From assembly GCA_036489235.1 (NCBI GenBank), contig DASXGC010000031.1:13-64012 (forward strand): 64,000 nt of DNA, written 5' to 3'. Below, one piece after another: positions 31,745 to 42,979 of this stretch. Numbering within the stretch: the stretch's first letter is position 1; each line of letters begins with the position of its first letter. Both the position numbers and the translations under genes were made by a program. The notes under the pieces were generated by a model. That model had not been told where the DNA came from. It made no database searches and saw nothing but the letters and a program-made list of their open reading frames with translations. The stretch is from Vicinamibacterales bacterium (GTDB taxonomy: Bacteria > Acidobacteriota > Vicinamibacteria > Vicinamibacterales > CAVVIG01).

Positions 31745-33241
31745 CTAACTTCTGACCTCCAACGAACCCTGCGCGACGACCTCGGACCCTGCGTACTGCT
31801 GCGTAATCGACAGCAGGCCGGTGTAGAGGAAGCCGACCTGGAAGAGGACCAGGAACGGAATCGTGGCGTAAATGCCGTTGGCAAGCGCGTAGAACACGGT
31901 GGCGGTGAAGTAGAGGCCGAGCGCGAGCTCGACCAGCGGCTGGACGGCGACCGACTGGCGGTACTTCTTGCCCACCCACTCGTCGTTGTCGGCTTCGATG
32001 TGGTACTTCGGCGTGCGCGTGAACTCGCTCTGTTTGTTGAACAGCGCCTCGACCACGGCGCGCGTGTTGTTGACCGACAGGCCGATGCCGACCGACATCA
32101 GGAAGGGCACGTACTTCAGCCGCGCGACCCAGTCGGTGTGCAGCTCGCGCTGGCAGACCATATAGAAATTGCAGAACGAGAACGTCGCGGCGAAGAACAG
32201 CGGTACGTCGATGAGGATCATCTCGTACCAGCCCATGTTGTAGCGGATCACCATCGACGGGAACATCAGGATGCTCAACACGCACATCAGGATGTAGTTG
32301 AAGTTTGCGGTGAGGTGAAAGAACGCCTCGGCCTTCACGCCGAACGGCAGATCCGACTGCAGGATACGCGGCAGCAACTTGCGGCAGGTCTGAATCGAGC
32401 CCTTGGCCCAGCGATGCTGCTGCGACTTGAAGGCGTTCATCTCGACCGGCACCTCGGCCGGCGCGATGACGCCCGGTACGAACACGAACCGCCAGCCTCG
32501 CAGCTGCGCACGATAGCTGAGATCGAGATCCTCGGTCAGCGTGTCGTGCTGCCAGCCGCCCGCATCGTCGATGGCGATACGGCGCCAGACGCCAGCGGTG
32601 CCGTTGAAGTTGAAGAAGCGGTCACCGCGGTTGCGGCCGCCGTGTTCGAGGATGAAGTGACCGTCGAGCAGAATCGCCTGGATCTTGGTCAGCAGCGAGT
32701 AGTCCTGATTGATGTGTCCCCAGCGGGCCTGCACCATGCCGACCTTCGCATCGCGGAAGTGCGGCATCAGACGCATCAGGAAGTCGGCGGTCGGGATGAA
32801 GTCGGCGTCGAAAATCGCCACGAACTCGCCGCGGGCAACTTTCAGACCCGCCTCCAGCGCTCCGGCTTTATAGCCGGTGCGATTGGTGCGGTGGATGTAT
32901 TTGATGTCAACGCCGCTGGCCGCGAATCGCCGTACCGCCAGGTCTGCAATGCTGCGCGTTTCGTCGGTCGAGTCGTCCAGCACCTGGACCTCGAACAACT
33001 GGCGAGGGTAGTCGATAGCACAAACTGCCTCGATCAGGCGTTCCGCTACATACATCTCGTTGTATAGCGGCAGTTGGATGGTCACGACCGGCAGCGGATC
33101 GAGCGGAGCACCTTGCGTCGGCTCTTTGTCCTTGTTCCTCATGTACAAGTACACGAGGTAGTAGCGGTGCCAGCCGTAAATCGCCAGGATGATGAGGACG
33201 AAAAAATAGGTTGCGAGGGTGAGGGTTTCAGCAGCAGTCAT
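31745..33241 (-). CDS. Processive family-2 glycosyltransferase, CslA/CslC-like (beta-glycan synthase type)
   Basis: 'QLPLYNE', 'QVLDDSTD', 'FDADF', 'TEDLDLSYR' and 'QQHRWAKG' (QxxRW) match. One N-terminal and several C-terminal TM segments. Confidence 0.9.
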   Translation of the reverse strand: MTAAETLTLATYFFVLIILAIYGWHRYYLVYLYMRNKDKEPTQGAPLDPLPVVTIQLPLYNEMYVAERLIEAVCAIDYPRQLFEVQVLDDSTDETRSIADLAVRRFAASGVDIKYIHRTNRTGYKAGALEAGLKVARGEFVAIFDADFIPTADFLMRLMPHFRDAKVGMVQARWGHINQDYSLLTKIQAILLDGHFILEHGGRNRGDRFFNFNGTAGVWRRIAIDDAGGWQHDTLTEDLDLSYRAQLRGWRFVFVPGVIAPAEVPVEMNAFKSQQHRWAKGSIQTCRKLLPRILQSDLPFGVKAEAFFHLTANFNYILMCVLSILMFPSMVIRYNMGWYEMILIDVPLFFAATFSFCNFYMVCQRELHTDWVARLKYVPFLMSVGIGLSVNNTRAVVEALFNKQSEFTRTPKYHIEADNDEWVGKKYRQSVAVQPLVELALGLYFTATVFYALANGIYATIPFLVLFQVGFLYTGLLSITQQYAGSEVVAQGSLEVRS

Positions 33242-33299
33242 GGTTTAAAGACGGAGGAACCCCCATCAAAACAACAAGTTATATTACTGTTGGGTCTGA

Positions 33300-34061
33300 A
33301 TGACGTCAATCAGACAACTCCAGGATCTTCTCGACCAGGTCGCCGCCGGCACGCTCGACACCGGGGCCGCGCGCGAGCAGCTGCTTGCGGCCTTCCGTGC
33401 CAGTCCTTACGAGGACCTTGGGTTTGCGCGAGTCGATCATCATCGAGCCATCCGTCAAGGCTTTCCCGAAGTCATCCTGGGCCTAGGCAAAACTCCTGCC
33501 CAGATCGCGGCAATCGCCCAGGAAATCGTCAAACGGGGTTCCAGCCTGCTGATTACCCGCGCAACCGAGGCCGCCTACGCCGCCGTGCGCGTGGTAGTGC
33601 CGGCGGCCGCGTATTACGCCGATGCAGGTGTCATCACCTTGCGTCAGCAGGACATCGCTCCCGGACACGGCACAATTGTGATCGCCGCCGCGGGAACGTC
33701 GGACCTCGGAGTCGCGGAAGAGGCCGCGCGGACCGCCGAACTGATGGGAAACGAGATCGTCCGGATGTACGACGTCGGCGTCGCCGGCCTTCACCGCCTG
33801 CTCGGGGAGCGCGAACGCCTGACTGCCGCGCGAGTCATCATCGTCGTGGCCGGGATGGAGGGGGCGCTGCCCAGCGTGATTGCAGGCCTGGTGAACGTGC
33901 CGATCATCGCGGTGCCGACCAGCATCGGTTACGGCGCCAGTTTTGGCGGGATTGCCGCGCTGCTCGGCATGCTGAATAGCTGCGCGTCAGGGGTCTCGGT
34001 CGTCAATATCGACAACGGGTTTGGCGCCGCCACCGTCGCGTCGCTGATAAATCATCTCTGA
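33300..34061 (+). CDS. larB: Nickel-pincer cofactor biosynthesis protein LarB (PurE-like AIR carboxylase family)
   Basis: 'ARVDHHRAIRQGFPEVILGLGKT', 'VIAAAGTSDLGVAEEA' and 'VVAGMEGALPSV' match. Confidence 0.85.
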   Translation: MTSIRQLQDLLDQVAAGTLDTGAAREQLLAAFRASPYEDLGFARVDHHRAIRQGFPEVILGLGKTPAQIAAIAQEIVKRGSSLLITRATEAAYAAVRVVVPAAAYYADAGVITLRQQDIAPGHGTIVIAAAGTSDLGVAEEAARTAELMGNEIVRMYDVGVAGLHRLLGERERLTAARVIIVVAGMEGALPSVIAGLVNVPIIAVPTSIGYGASFGGIAALLGMLNSCASGVSVVNIDNGFGAATVASLINHL

Positions 34062-34075
34062 CGGTGGCTCCATCC

Positions 34076-34168
34076 ATGGCTGAGGGCTAATGGCTGATGG
34101 GATGGCCGATGGATCGCCGATGGAGGAACCCTTAACCATCGCCATTAGCCATTAGCCTTCAGCCATGA
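34076..34168 (+). repeat. Opposed RATGGCT / AGCCATY heptamer arrays forming a long hairpin
   Basis: 34075-34100 'catggctgagggctaatggctgatgg' pairs with 34142-34167 'ccattagccattagccttcagccatg' (24 Watson-Crick plus 2 G-U in the plus-sense RNA, hand-checked). An inner 6-bp stem pairs CGATGG with CCATCG. The element starts 14 nt after the larB stop. Confidence 0.85.
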
Positions 34169-34224
34169 CCGTAGTGGCATCGAGCCGTAGTGCCATCGAG
34201 GTACGCTAATATTAAGGGTTCCCC

Positions 34225-36651
34225 ATGCAACCAGGCGCCCTGCGAGCCCTCGAATTCGATCGCATCGTCGAGGCAGTTACGGCCTTTGCCCAGACCCCGA
34301 TGGGGGCCGGGCGATTGGCGGAGCTGCAGCCGTCGACCGACTACCAGCGCGTCGCGCAGGCGCTCGCGGCGACCACCGAAACGGCACGGTTCGTGACCGC
34401 CCATGGCGGGTTTTTCCTGCGCGCGTCAACCGATCTGCCGCAGACGCTGGGGGCCCTCGCGGTGGACGGACGCGCGCTCGAGGCGCTGCGTCTGCTTGCG
34501 CTCGTTGCCTTTCTCGACTCGGTGGATGAAGCGCGCGTCGCCATCCGACGCGCACCCGGCTCGTTTCCACTGCTCGAAGCCGCCAGCGCCGGCGCCGCCT
34601 CGTTCAAGGGCGAGTCGGCGCAAATTCGCGACAAGATCGACCCGTCGGGCGATGTGAAAGATCACGCCAGCCCCGAGTTGCGCACGATCCGCGATCGGCT
34701 CCGGAAGCAGAAGACGCGTCTGCGCAGCACGCTCGAGTCGTACCTGCGCGGCAAGGAAACATCGAAGTACCTGCAGGATCAGGTCGTCACCGAGCGCAAC
34801 GGCCGCTACGTCATCGTCGTGAAGGCCGAGCACCGCGACGGGATTCCGGGAATCGTGCACGGCACTTCGACGAGCGGCGCCAGCCTCTACCTCGAACCGC
34901 TCAGCACCGTCGAAATCAACAACGACATCGTCGCGCTCGACGAACAGGAAGCCGAGGAGGTACGACGCATTCTGCTGGCGCTGACCGACGCGTTCCGCGG
35001 ACGTGCGACCGACATGACGCGCACGATCGAGGCGGCGGTCGAACTCGACGTGCTGCAGGCGCGGGCACGGTTCTCAGAGTCGATTGACGGCATCGAGCCG
35101 GCGCTGTCGGCGGATGGCGCGTTCGAACTGCAGGCCGCCCGGCATCCGCTGTTGAAGGCGCCGGTGCCGGTGACGATCAAGGTGATTCCTCCGGCGACGG
35201 CGTTGCTCATTACCGGACCGAATACCGGCGGCAAGACCGTCGCGCTGAAAACGGCGGGGCTGCTCGCGTTGATGGCCCAGGCCGGTCTGCGCATTCCCGC
35301 CGCGCCGGGCTCGCGACTTCCGGTGTTCCGGTCGCTCTTTGCCGACATTGGTGACGAGCAGTCGATCGAGGCAAGCCTCAGCACGTTTTCGGCTCACATC
35401 ACCAATATCGCCTCGATGGACCGCGGCCTGGCGACGCCGGCGCTGGTGCTGCTCGACGAGGTCGGTTCCGGGACCGACCCCATCGAGGGTGGCGCCCTTG
35501 GTGTGGCCATCGTCGATCACTTCCGTCGCCGCGGCACGACCCTGATTGCCACGAGCCACTACGACGCGTTGAAGACCTACGCGTCGACGACGCCGGGCGT
35601 GGCGAGCGCGGCGTTCGGCTTCGTGGCCGAGACATTCGCGCCAACCTATCAGCTGCTGTACGGAAGTCCGGGACGAAGCCTGGCGCTCGAGATTGCCGGA
35701 CGGCTGGGTCTGAATCCGGCGGTGGTCGCCGCCGCGCGTGAGAACGTCAGCGCGCGCGACGCGCAGCTCGCCGAACACCTCGCGAAAATCGATCATGACG
35801 TCCGCGCACTCGAACACGAGCAGCGGCTGGCGGCGCGCGAGCGCGAAACGCTGCACGCGGCCGAAGCAAAGATGCACCAGCGCGAGGACGCACTGCGTCA
35901 GCGCGAAGAAACGTTCCGGCGCCGGCTGAACGAGGAACTCGAAAAGCAGGTCCGGCAGGCTCGCAAGGAAATCGACGACGTCATTGCGGAACTGAAAGCG
36001 AAGGCGGACGCCATCGCGCGCGGACCGCGCCTGGTGTCCACCGGCGATACCGGACGCGCACGGACCGACGCCCGCGCCGCCGTCGATACTGTCGCCGAGC
36101 GCATTTTGTCAGGCGAGGCAGCTGTCGACGCCGCAAACCATCAACCATCGTCCCTTAGCCATCAGCCATCAGCCATCAGCTCTCAGCCATCAGCCCTCAG
36201 CCATGGGATGGTCAGCGTAGGCGATCGAGTCATCGTGGGCGGACTCGGTCTCGAAGCGACGGTGACGTCGGTACACGACGGCACCGCGGATCTCGACGTG
36301 CGCGGCAAGCGCATGCGCGCGAGCGTTCGCGACCTGAAGATGATCGGCGGCCAGCCGGCGGCGGCACGGATCAGCGTGAACGTCGAGCTGAAGCCCCGGG
36401 AAGGCTCGGCCATCGACCTCAACGTCATCGGCTGCACCGTGGATGAAGCGATTTCACGCGCCGAACGCTTTCTGGACGAGTCGCTGCTCGGCGATCAACG
36501 CGTGGTGCGTTTTATCCACGGTTATGGCACCGGGCAGCTGAAGCGCGCGTTGGCCGGTTTTCTGCAGCAGCATCCGCTGGTCGCACGATTCGCGACCGCG
36601 CCGCCGAATCAAGGAGGCGGAGGCGTCACAGTAGTGGAGCTGAAGGAATAG
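34225..36651 (+). CDS. mutS2: Endonuclease MutS2 (MutS domain V ATPase plus C-terminal Smr)
   Basis: 'ITGPNTGGKTVALKT', 'LLDEVGSGTDP' and the C-terminal Smr 'IGCTVDEA...FIHGYGTGQLK' match. Confidence 0.95.
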   Translation: MQPGALRALEFDRIVEAVTAFAQTPMGAGRLAELQPSTDYQRVAQALAATTETARFVTAHGGFFLRASTDLPQTLGALAVDGRALEALRLLALVAFLDSVDEARVAIRRAPGSFPLLEAASAGAASFKGESAQIRDKIDPSGDVKDHASPELRTIRDRLRKQKTRLRSTLESYLRGKETSKYLQDQVVTERNGRYVIVVKAEHRDGIPGIVHGTSTSGASLYLEPLSTVEINNDIVALDEQEAEEVRRILLALTDAFRGRATDMTRTIEAAVELDVLQARARFSESIDGIEPALSADGAFELQAARHPLLKAPVPVTIKVIPPATALLITGPNTGGKTVALKTAGLLALMAQAGLRIPAAPGSRLPVFRSLFADIGDEQSIEASLSTFSAHITNIASMDRGLATPALVLLDEVGSGTDPIEGGALGVAIVDHFRRRGTTLIATSHYDALKTYASTTPGVASAAFGFVAETFAPTYQLLYGSPGRSLALEIAGRLGLNPAVVAAARENVSARDAQLAEHLAKIDHDVRALEHEQRLAARERETLHAAEAKMHQREDALRQREETFRRRLNEELEKQVRQARKEIDDVIAELKAKADAIARGPRLVSTGDTGRARTDARAAVDTVAERILSGEAAVDAANHQPSSLSHQPSAISSQPSALSHGMVSVGDRVIVGGLGLEATVTSVHDGTADLDVRGKRMRASVRDLKMIGGQPAAARISVNVELKPREGSAIDLNVIGCTVDEAISRAERFLDESLLGDQRVVRFIHGYGTGQLKRALAGFLQQHPLVARFATAPPNQGGGGVTVVELKE
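36136..36205 (+). repeat. AGCCATC heptamer array (10 units) inside the mutS2 coding sequence, stop-free orientation
   Basis: 'aaccatc aaccatc gtccctt agccatc agccatc agccatc agctctc agccatc agccctc agccatg', translated as NHQPSSLSHQPSAISSQPSALSHG between the coiled-coil region and the Smr domain. Confidence 0.85.
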
Positions 36652-36653
36652 GC

Positions 36654-38441
36654 GTGGGTTTATTCCCGCAGACGTTCATCGACGACCTCCGGCTGCAGGC
36701 CAACATCCTGCAGGTCGTGCAGGAGTACGTACCGCTCAGAAAGGCGGGGAACGTCCACAAAGGCCTGTGCCCGTTTCACAACGAGAAGACGCCGTCGTTT
36801 CAGGTCAGTCCAGACAAGGGCTTCTTCTACTGCTTCGGTTGTCACGCCGGCGGCGACGTCTTCAAGTTTCTCGAGCTGCACGAGAAAGTCGGATTCCAGG
36901 ACGCGGTGCGGATGCTGGCGCAGAAAGTTGGGATGTCCGTCCCTGAGCAGACCGATGGATCCGACGATAGCCGGCGCGATGCGGCATTGCGAGAGGCGCT
37001 GCTGAAGGCGCACGAAATCGCGGCTGCCTATTTCAAGGAGCAGCTCGCGGCGCCGGTCGGCGCGCGGGCCAGGCAGCAATTGAAAGACCGGCAGATTACC
37101 GCGCAGACGATCGAGCAGCTCGGTCTCGGTTACGCACCAAGCTCGCGCGATGGCCTCAAGGCGCGTCTGCTGAAGCAGGGGTTCGCCGAGAGCGTGGCGC
37201 TGGCGAGCGGTCTCGTGAAGGCAGACGACAGCACGGGCGAGACCTTCGATCAGTTCCGAAACCGGCTGATGGTACCGATTTGCCGCGATACCGGCTCGAT
37301 CATCGCCTTCGGCGGTCGCCAGATGGACGCGGATCGTGGGCCGAAATATCTGAATTCTCCGAAGACGGCGATTTATGACAAAAGCCGCACGCTTTATGGC
37401 CTGAACCTGACGAAATCACAGATCCAGAAGGCCGATTTCGCCGTGTTAGTGGAAGGGTATTTCGACTTCGCGCAGGTCTTCCAGGCCCAGGCAGCGCCCG
37501 CGGTGGCATCCTGCGGCACCGCGCTGACCGCGCCGCAAGCGCAGCTGCTCCGGCGCTTCACCTCCAAAGTCGTCCTGAGTTTCGACCCCGACGCGGCCGG
37601 CCAGGGCGCTGCGGTCCGTTCCTGCGAGCTCCTCGTCGCGGAAGGATTCGACGTCAACGTCGTGGTGCTGGACAAAGGCGAAGATCCCGATACGTTCATC
37701 AGGAAGCTTGGCGGCGACCAGTATCGTGGCCGGCTGCGTGCGTCCCAGCCGTACCTCGAATACCTGCTCGATCAAGCGGCGAAAGGGCTGAATCTGGCCA
37801 GCGATCACGGCCGGAACCAGCTGCTGGCAAAGATGCTCCCGATTGCGGCTCGTATTCCGGACGCCGCCGGACGCGACCAGTTTGGCGACCGGATTTCCCA
37901 TAAGGCCCGGATCACGGAAGACGTCGTCCGGGCGGAAATCCGTAAAGCGGCCGTGAACCGCCAGACGACGGTGACGACCCGGGAGTTGCCGTCGTTCGGA
38001 CAGCTGAAAGAGGCGGAAAAAGCACTGATCTGGGGTCTGATCAACAATACTAGGGTGGCGGTGCAGGCCCTGGCCGAGCTGGACGAGGACGATCTGCAGG
38101 CCCTGGCCGGACGGCGTGTCTTGGAACTGGCGGCAAGTCTGCACGCGGAGCCATTGGATCGCTTACCCTCGACGCTTTTGCAGCGTCTAAGTACGGTGGA
38201 CGCCCAGTTGGTGACGAGAATCGCCGCTGTCGAGAAATCGCCAGCTCCCCCCGCCGAATGCGTCCGCGCGCTGAAACGGCTCAGATGGGAACGTGAGCGT
38301 GCGGCAATCAAACGCGAAATCGACCGCCTGCAGGAACTCGGCGCCAACGAAAACGGACACGAGATCGACACCCTCTCTCGGCGACTGCTGGCTGTGGCCG
38401 TGCAACTCGACCGGGATCTGACGAGAACGAGAGACGAATAA
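36654..38441 (+). CDS. dnaG: DNA primase
   Basis: Zinc finger '[30 protein letters not shown]'. TOPRIM 'VLVEGYFD' and 'LSFDPDAAG'. Confidence 0.95.
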   Translation: MGLFPQTFIDDLRLQANILQVVQEYVPLRKAGNVHKGLCPFHNEKTPSFQVSPDKGFFYCFGCHAGGDVFKFLELHEKVGFQDAVRMLAQKVGMSVPEQTDGSDDSRRDAALREALLKAHEIAAAYFKEQLAAPVGARARQQLKDRQITAQTIEQLGLGYAPSSRDGLKARLLKQGFAESVALASGLVKADDSTGETFDQFRNRLMVPICRDTGSIIAFGGRQMDADRGPKYLNSPKTAIYDKSRTLYGLNLTKSQIQKADFAVLVEGYFDFAQVFQAQAAPAVASCGTALTAPQAQLLRRFTSKVVLSFDPDAAGQGAAVRSCELLVAEGFDVNVVVLDKGEDPDTFIRKLGGDQYRGRLRASQPYLEYLLDQAAKGLNLASDHGRNQLLAKMLPIAARIPDAAGRDQFGDRISHKARITEDVVRAEIRKAAVNRQTTVTTRELPSFGQLKEAEKALIWGLINNTRVAVQALAELDEDDLQALAGRRVLELAASLHAEPLDRLPSTLLQRLSTVDAQLVTRIAAVEKSPAPPAECVRALKRLRWERERAAIKREIDRLQELGANENGHEIDTLSRRLLAVAVQLDRDLTRTRDE

Positions 38442-38443
38442 AT

Positions 38444-40228
<1,785 letters not shown>

Positions 40229-40236
40229 AATTGTCC

Positions 40237-40312
40237 GGGCCCATAGCTCAACGGTTAGAGCCGCCGGCTCATAACCGGCCTGTTCCAGGTTCGAATCCTG
40301 GTGGGCCCACCA
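40237..40312 (+). tRNA. tRNA-Met (anticodon CAT), elongator type; tRNA-Ile2 (lysidine) cannot be excluded
   Basis: Hand-folded cloverleaf. The acceptor pairs GGGCCCA with TGGGCCC (G1-C72, so not an initiator). The anticodon arm is GCCGG-CTCATAA-CCGGC. The T-arm has GGTTCGAATCC, and the 3' CCA is encoded. Confidence 0.88.
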
Positions 40313-40355
40313 TTCGACTCGCGACACGACGCGAGCGACAACCGATCTAGACTTC

Positions 40356-40386
40356 AGGCTCCGCTTTGCAGCGGGGCCTTTTTTTT
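40356..40386 (+). terminator. Rho-independent terminator after tRNA-Met
   Basis: The stem pairs AGGCTCCGC with GCGGGGCCT (9 bp including one G-U). The loop is TTTGCA, followed by a run of 8 T. Confidence 0.8.
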
Positions 40387-40398
40387 GCCCAGAGGAAC

Positions 40399-41154
40399 AT
40401 GAACGCCGACCTGGAACGACTCATCGCCCTGCAAGCGCTCGACTCCACCGCTGACGCGGCCCGAAAAAAGCTCGCGGCCGAGCCCGAGCACGACAAAGCG
40501 CTCGAAGCGCTGCTCGAGGCGGCGCGTCAACGCCTCGCAGCGGCCAAGGAACAGGCCGCCACCAACACCTCGGCGCGGCGCGCCATCGAGAAGGACGTCG
40601 CGGTGCAACAGGGACGGCTCTCCAAGTACCGTGAAACGGCGATGGCGGTAAAAACCAACGTCGAGTACCACGCGGTGCAGAAGGAAATCGCCTTCGCGCA
40701 GACAGAGATCAAAGCGCTCGAGGACAAGGAACTCGAGTTGATGGTCGCGGCCGACGAGTTGACCGCGGCGGTGAAGAAGGCGGAAGCCGACCTCGCGTCG
40801 CAGCAGAAAATCACCGAGGCCGACCGCAAGGCGACCACCGCACAACACGGCGAGCTGCAGACCGCACTCGAGCAGATGGCGACCGAACGGGCGCGCGTGG
40901 TCGAAGGCATCGACAAGGCCGCGCTGCTCACCTTCGAGCAGGTGTCGCGCAAACGCAACGGCGTCGCCGTCGCCGAGGCGCGCGATGGCATCTGCACCAT
41001 CTGTCATGTGCGGCTGCGGCCGCAGGTGTTCAACACCGTGCTGCGCAACGACTCGATCATTCAGTGCGACAGCTGCAACCGCATCCTGTTCTTCACGCCC
41101 GCTCCCCCCGCCGCGGCCACGCCCGGCGGCGACAGCGCCTCGCCGGCGTCATGA
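40399..41154 (+). CDS. Coiled-coil protein with C-terminal C4 zinc ribbon (COG1579 type)
   Basis: Long heptad-like helical region, then 'CTICHVRLRPQ...CDSCNRILF'. ATG 40399 has 'agagga' upstream. Confidence 0.8.
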   Translation: MNADLERLIALQALDSTADAARKKLAAEPEHDKALEALLEAARQRLAAAKEQAATNTSARRAIEKDVAVQQGRLSKYRETAMAVKTNVEYHAVQKEIAFAQTEIKALEDKELELMVAADELTAAVKKAEADLASQQKITEADRKATTAQHGELQTALEQMATERARVVEGIDKAALLTFEQVSRKRNGVAVAEARDGICTICHVRLRPQVFNTVLRNDSIIQCDSCNRILFFTPAPPAAATPGGDSASPAS

Positions 41155-41555
41155 TCGTCATCTACATCGATGGCGGCGCCCGTGGTAACCCCGGGCCCGC
41201 AGGATACGGCGTCCGCGTCGAACAGGAAGACGGAGCGCTGATCGAAGAGTTCGGCGACTCCATCGGTACCGCCACCAATAACGTCGCCGAGTATCGGGCC
41301 TTGATCGCCGGCCTCGAGTACGCAAAGCGGAATGCGCACGCCAGCGTCCTGGTACGTTCGGATTCGCTGCTGCTGGTGCAGCAGATGCGCGGTGTCTACA
41401 AAGTGAAGAACGCCGGCCTGCAGCCACTTCATGCAAGGGCCCGGGTGCTGGCGCACGATATCGGCCGCGTCACCTACGAGCACGTCGGCCGCGCCAGGAA
41501 CGCCCATGCCGACCGGCTGGCCAATTCAGCGATGGACGCTGCCGGGAAAGCCTAA
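41151..41555 (+). CDS. rnhA: Ribonuclease HI-family protein
   Basis: 'IYIDGGARGNPGPAGYG', 'TNNVAEYRALIAGL', 'SDSLLLVQQM' and 'NAHADRLAN' match. ATG overlaps the upstream TGA (ATGA). Confidence 0.85.
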   Translation: MIVIYIDGGARGNPGPAGYGVRVEQEDGALIEEFGDSIGTATNNVAEYRALIAGLEYAKRNAHASVLVRSDSLLLVQQMRGVYKVKNAGLQPLHARARVLAHDIGRVTYEHVGRARNAHADRLANSAMDAAGKA

Positions 41556-41562
41556 GCAAGGC

Positions 41563-42399
41563 CTAGAGCCGACCCAAACGGATCGCCGCGGCCATGCGTC
41601 CCGCGGCCTTTCCGTCGCGGCGGTACGAGCACAGCCACTGCGGATGGCTCGCCGAGCACAGTTCGGCAACGGTGATTTGCGCCAACGGCACTCCGGCCGC
41701 CTCCAGTTGATCGCGTGCCGCTCCCCAACCGTCGAAATATTCGTGCCCGGCGCGAGGCGCGCCGAGGCCAGGCATTGGCGGATTGTGGACTGACGGCCGA
41801 GGCGTCGATGCGAACCAGCGATCGATCTGTGCGGGCGGGTATCCATGGATCGCAAACGCCGCACGCACGTCCTCACCCACCTCGTAACAACACCACGAGA
41901 TGGCGGGGCCAATCGCGGCAACAAGATCTTCGGGCCGGCTCGCGAACCCGGTCACCATCGCCGCCACCGCCGCCTCTGGCACGCGCGCGGCAAGGCCGCG
42001 CCAGCCGGCGTGAGCGGCTGCAATCACGCCGGTGCGGCGATCGGCAAGCAGCAGCGGTACACAGTCAGCGGTTTGAATCGCAATCGCCCGCCCGGGCGCG
42101 TCCGACACGATGATGTCGGCGTCGATCAGGCAATCGGGATCAAAACCGTCGCCGGACCTGAGCCGGAGCACCGCGGCGCCGTGCACCTGACGAACGCGGA
42201 CCAGATCGCGTGGTTCGACGCCAACAGCCGCCGCCACCTCGGCCCATCCCTCGCCACCCGATCTTGCAGCAGTGGATCCGATCGTCCACGGACGCGTCGT
42301 AAAGACATGGCCGGCGAGCGGCTGGAGTGCACGACAGACCAGCGCTGGTCGGCCGTCCGCTTGCACCCACGCGAAGCCATCGTTAGGCTTGGGAAACAT
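41563..42399 (-). CDS. pgeF: Peptidoglycan editing factor PgeF / YfiH (DUF152 laccase-domain family)
   Basis: 'QVHG', 'ADCVPLLL', 'AAHAGWRG' and 'CCYEVG' match. Confidence 0.85.
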   Translation of the reverse strand: MFPKPNDGFAWVQADGRPALVCRALQPLAGHVFTTRPWTIGSTAARSGGEGWAEVAAAVGVEPRDLVRVRQVHGAAVLRLRSGDGFDPDCLIDADIIVSDAPGRAIAIQTADCVPLLLADRRTGVIAAAHAGWRGLAARVPEAAVAAMVTGFASRPEDLVAAIGPAISWCCYEVGEDVRAAFAIHGYPPAQIDRWFASTPRPSVHNPPMPGLGAPRAGHEYFDGWGAARDQLEAAGVPLAQITVAELCSASHPQWLCSYRRDGKAAGRMAAAIRLGRL

Positions 42400-42435
42400 T
42401 CAGGTCCTCGTCTGATTCAATCCGCTCGAACCACG

Positions 42436-42819
42436 ATGCCAAACATCATCGGCCTCGGCCTCGACGCCACCGACATCCCGCGCATTGCGGCAACGCTCGA
42501 ACGCTACGGCGAGCGCTTCATGCATCGCATTTTCACCGACGGCGAGGTGGCCTACTGCACCAGGCGGCGTGTGCCGGCAATTAATTTTGCCGGGCGTTTC
42601 GCCGCCAAGGAAGCCGCGATGAAAGCGCTGGGCACAGGCCGCTCTCACGGCGTGCTGTGGCGCGACATCGAAGTGGTTCGAGGCGGCGGACCACCGCAAC
42701 TGCGGTTGCACGGCGGCGCGGCCAGACGCTTTGCCTCGATGGGCGGCCGTTCGTCGCTGCTTACCATCACACATTCCGACGATCTCGCATTGGCGCAGGT
42801 CCTGATCCTCGGCGAGTGA
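42436..42819 (+). CDS. acpS: Holo-[acyl-carrier-protein] synthase
   Basis: 'IIGLGLDATDIPRI', 'FAGRFAAKEAAMKALG' and 'LTITHSDDLALAQVIL'-like C-terminus match. The track ORF from 41845 is an upstream extension. Confidence 0.9.
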   Translation: MPNIIGLGLDATDIPRIAATLERYGERFMHRIFTDGEVAYCTRRRVPAINFAGRFAAKEAAMKALGTGRSHGVLWRDIEVVRGGGPPQLRLHGGAARRFASMGGRSSLLTITHSDDLALAQVLILGE

Positions 42820-42979
42820 CGTCAACTCGCGTTGTCGTTTTCGCCGGCGCCTTCGTTTACCCGCTCCCGTTCCCGCCTCGCCTACGCCCATCGTTCGCCT
42901 TTGCAAGCGGTTGCGGACGCACGCCTGGCGGCAATCATCGGCACTCCGCTTGAAGTGTCACTCGCTGAGGAGTGTCACC

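Noticed and set aside
40237-41555. tRNA-Met as an integration site for a genomic island
   Set aside because: There is no integrase and no direct repeat of the tRNA 3' end. A clean terminator follows, then ordinary conserved genes (COG1579 zinc-ribbon protein, RNase HI, pgeF, acpS).
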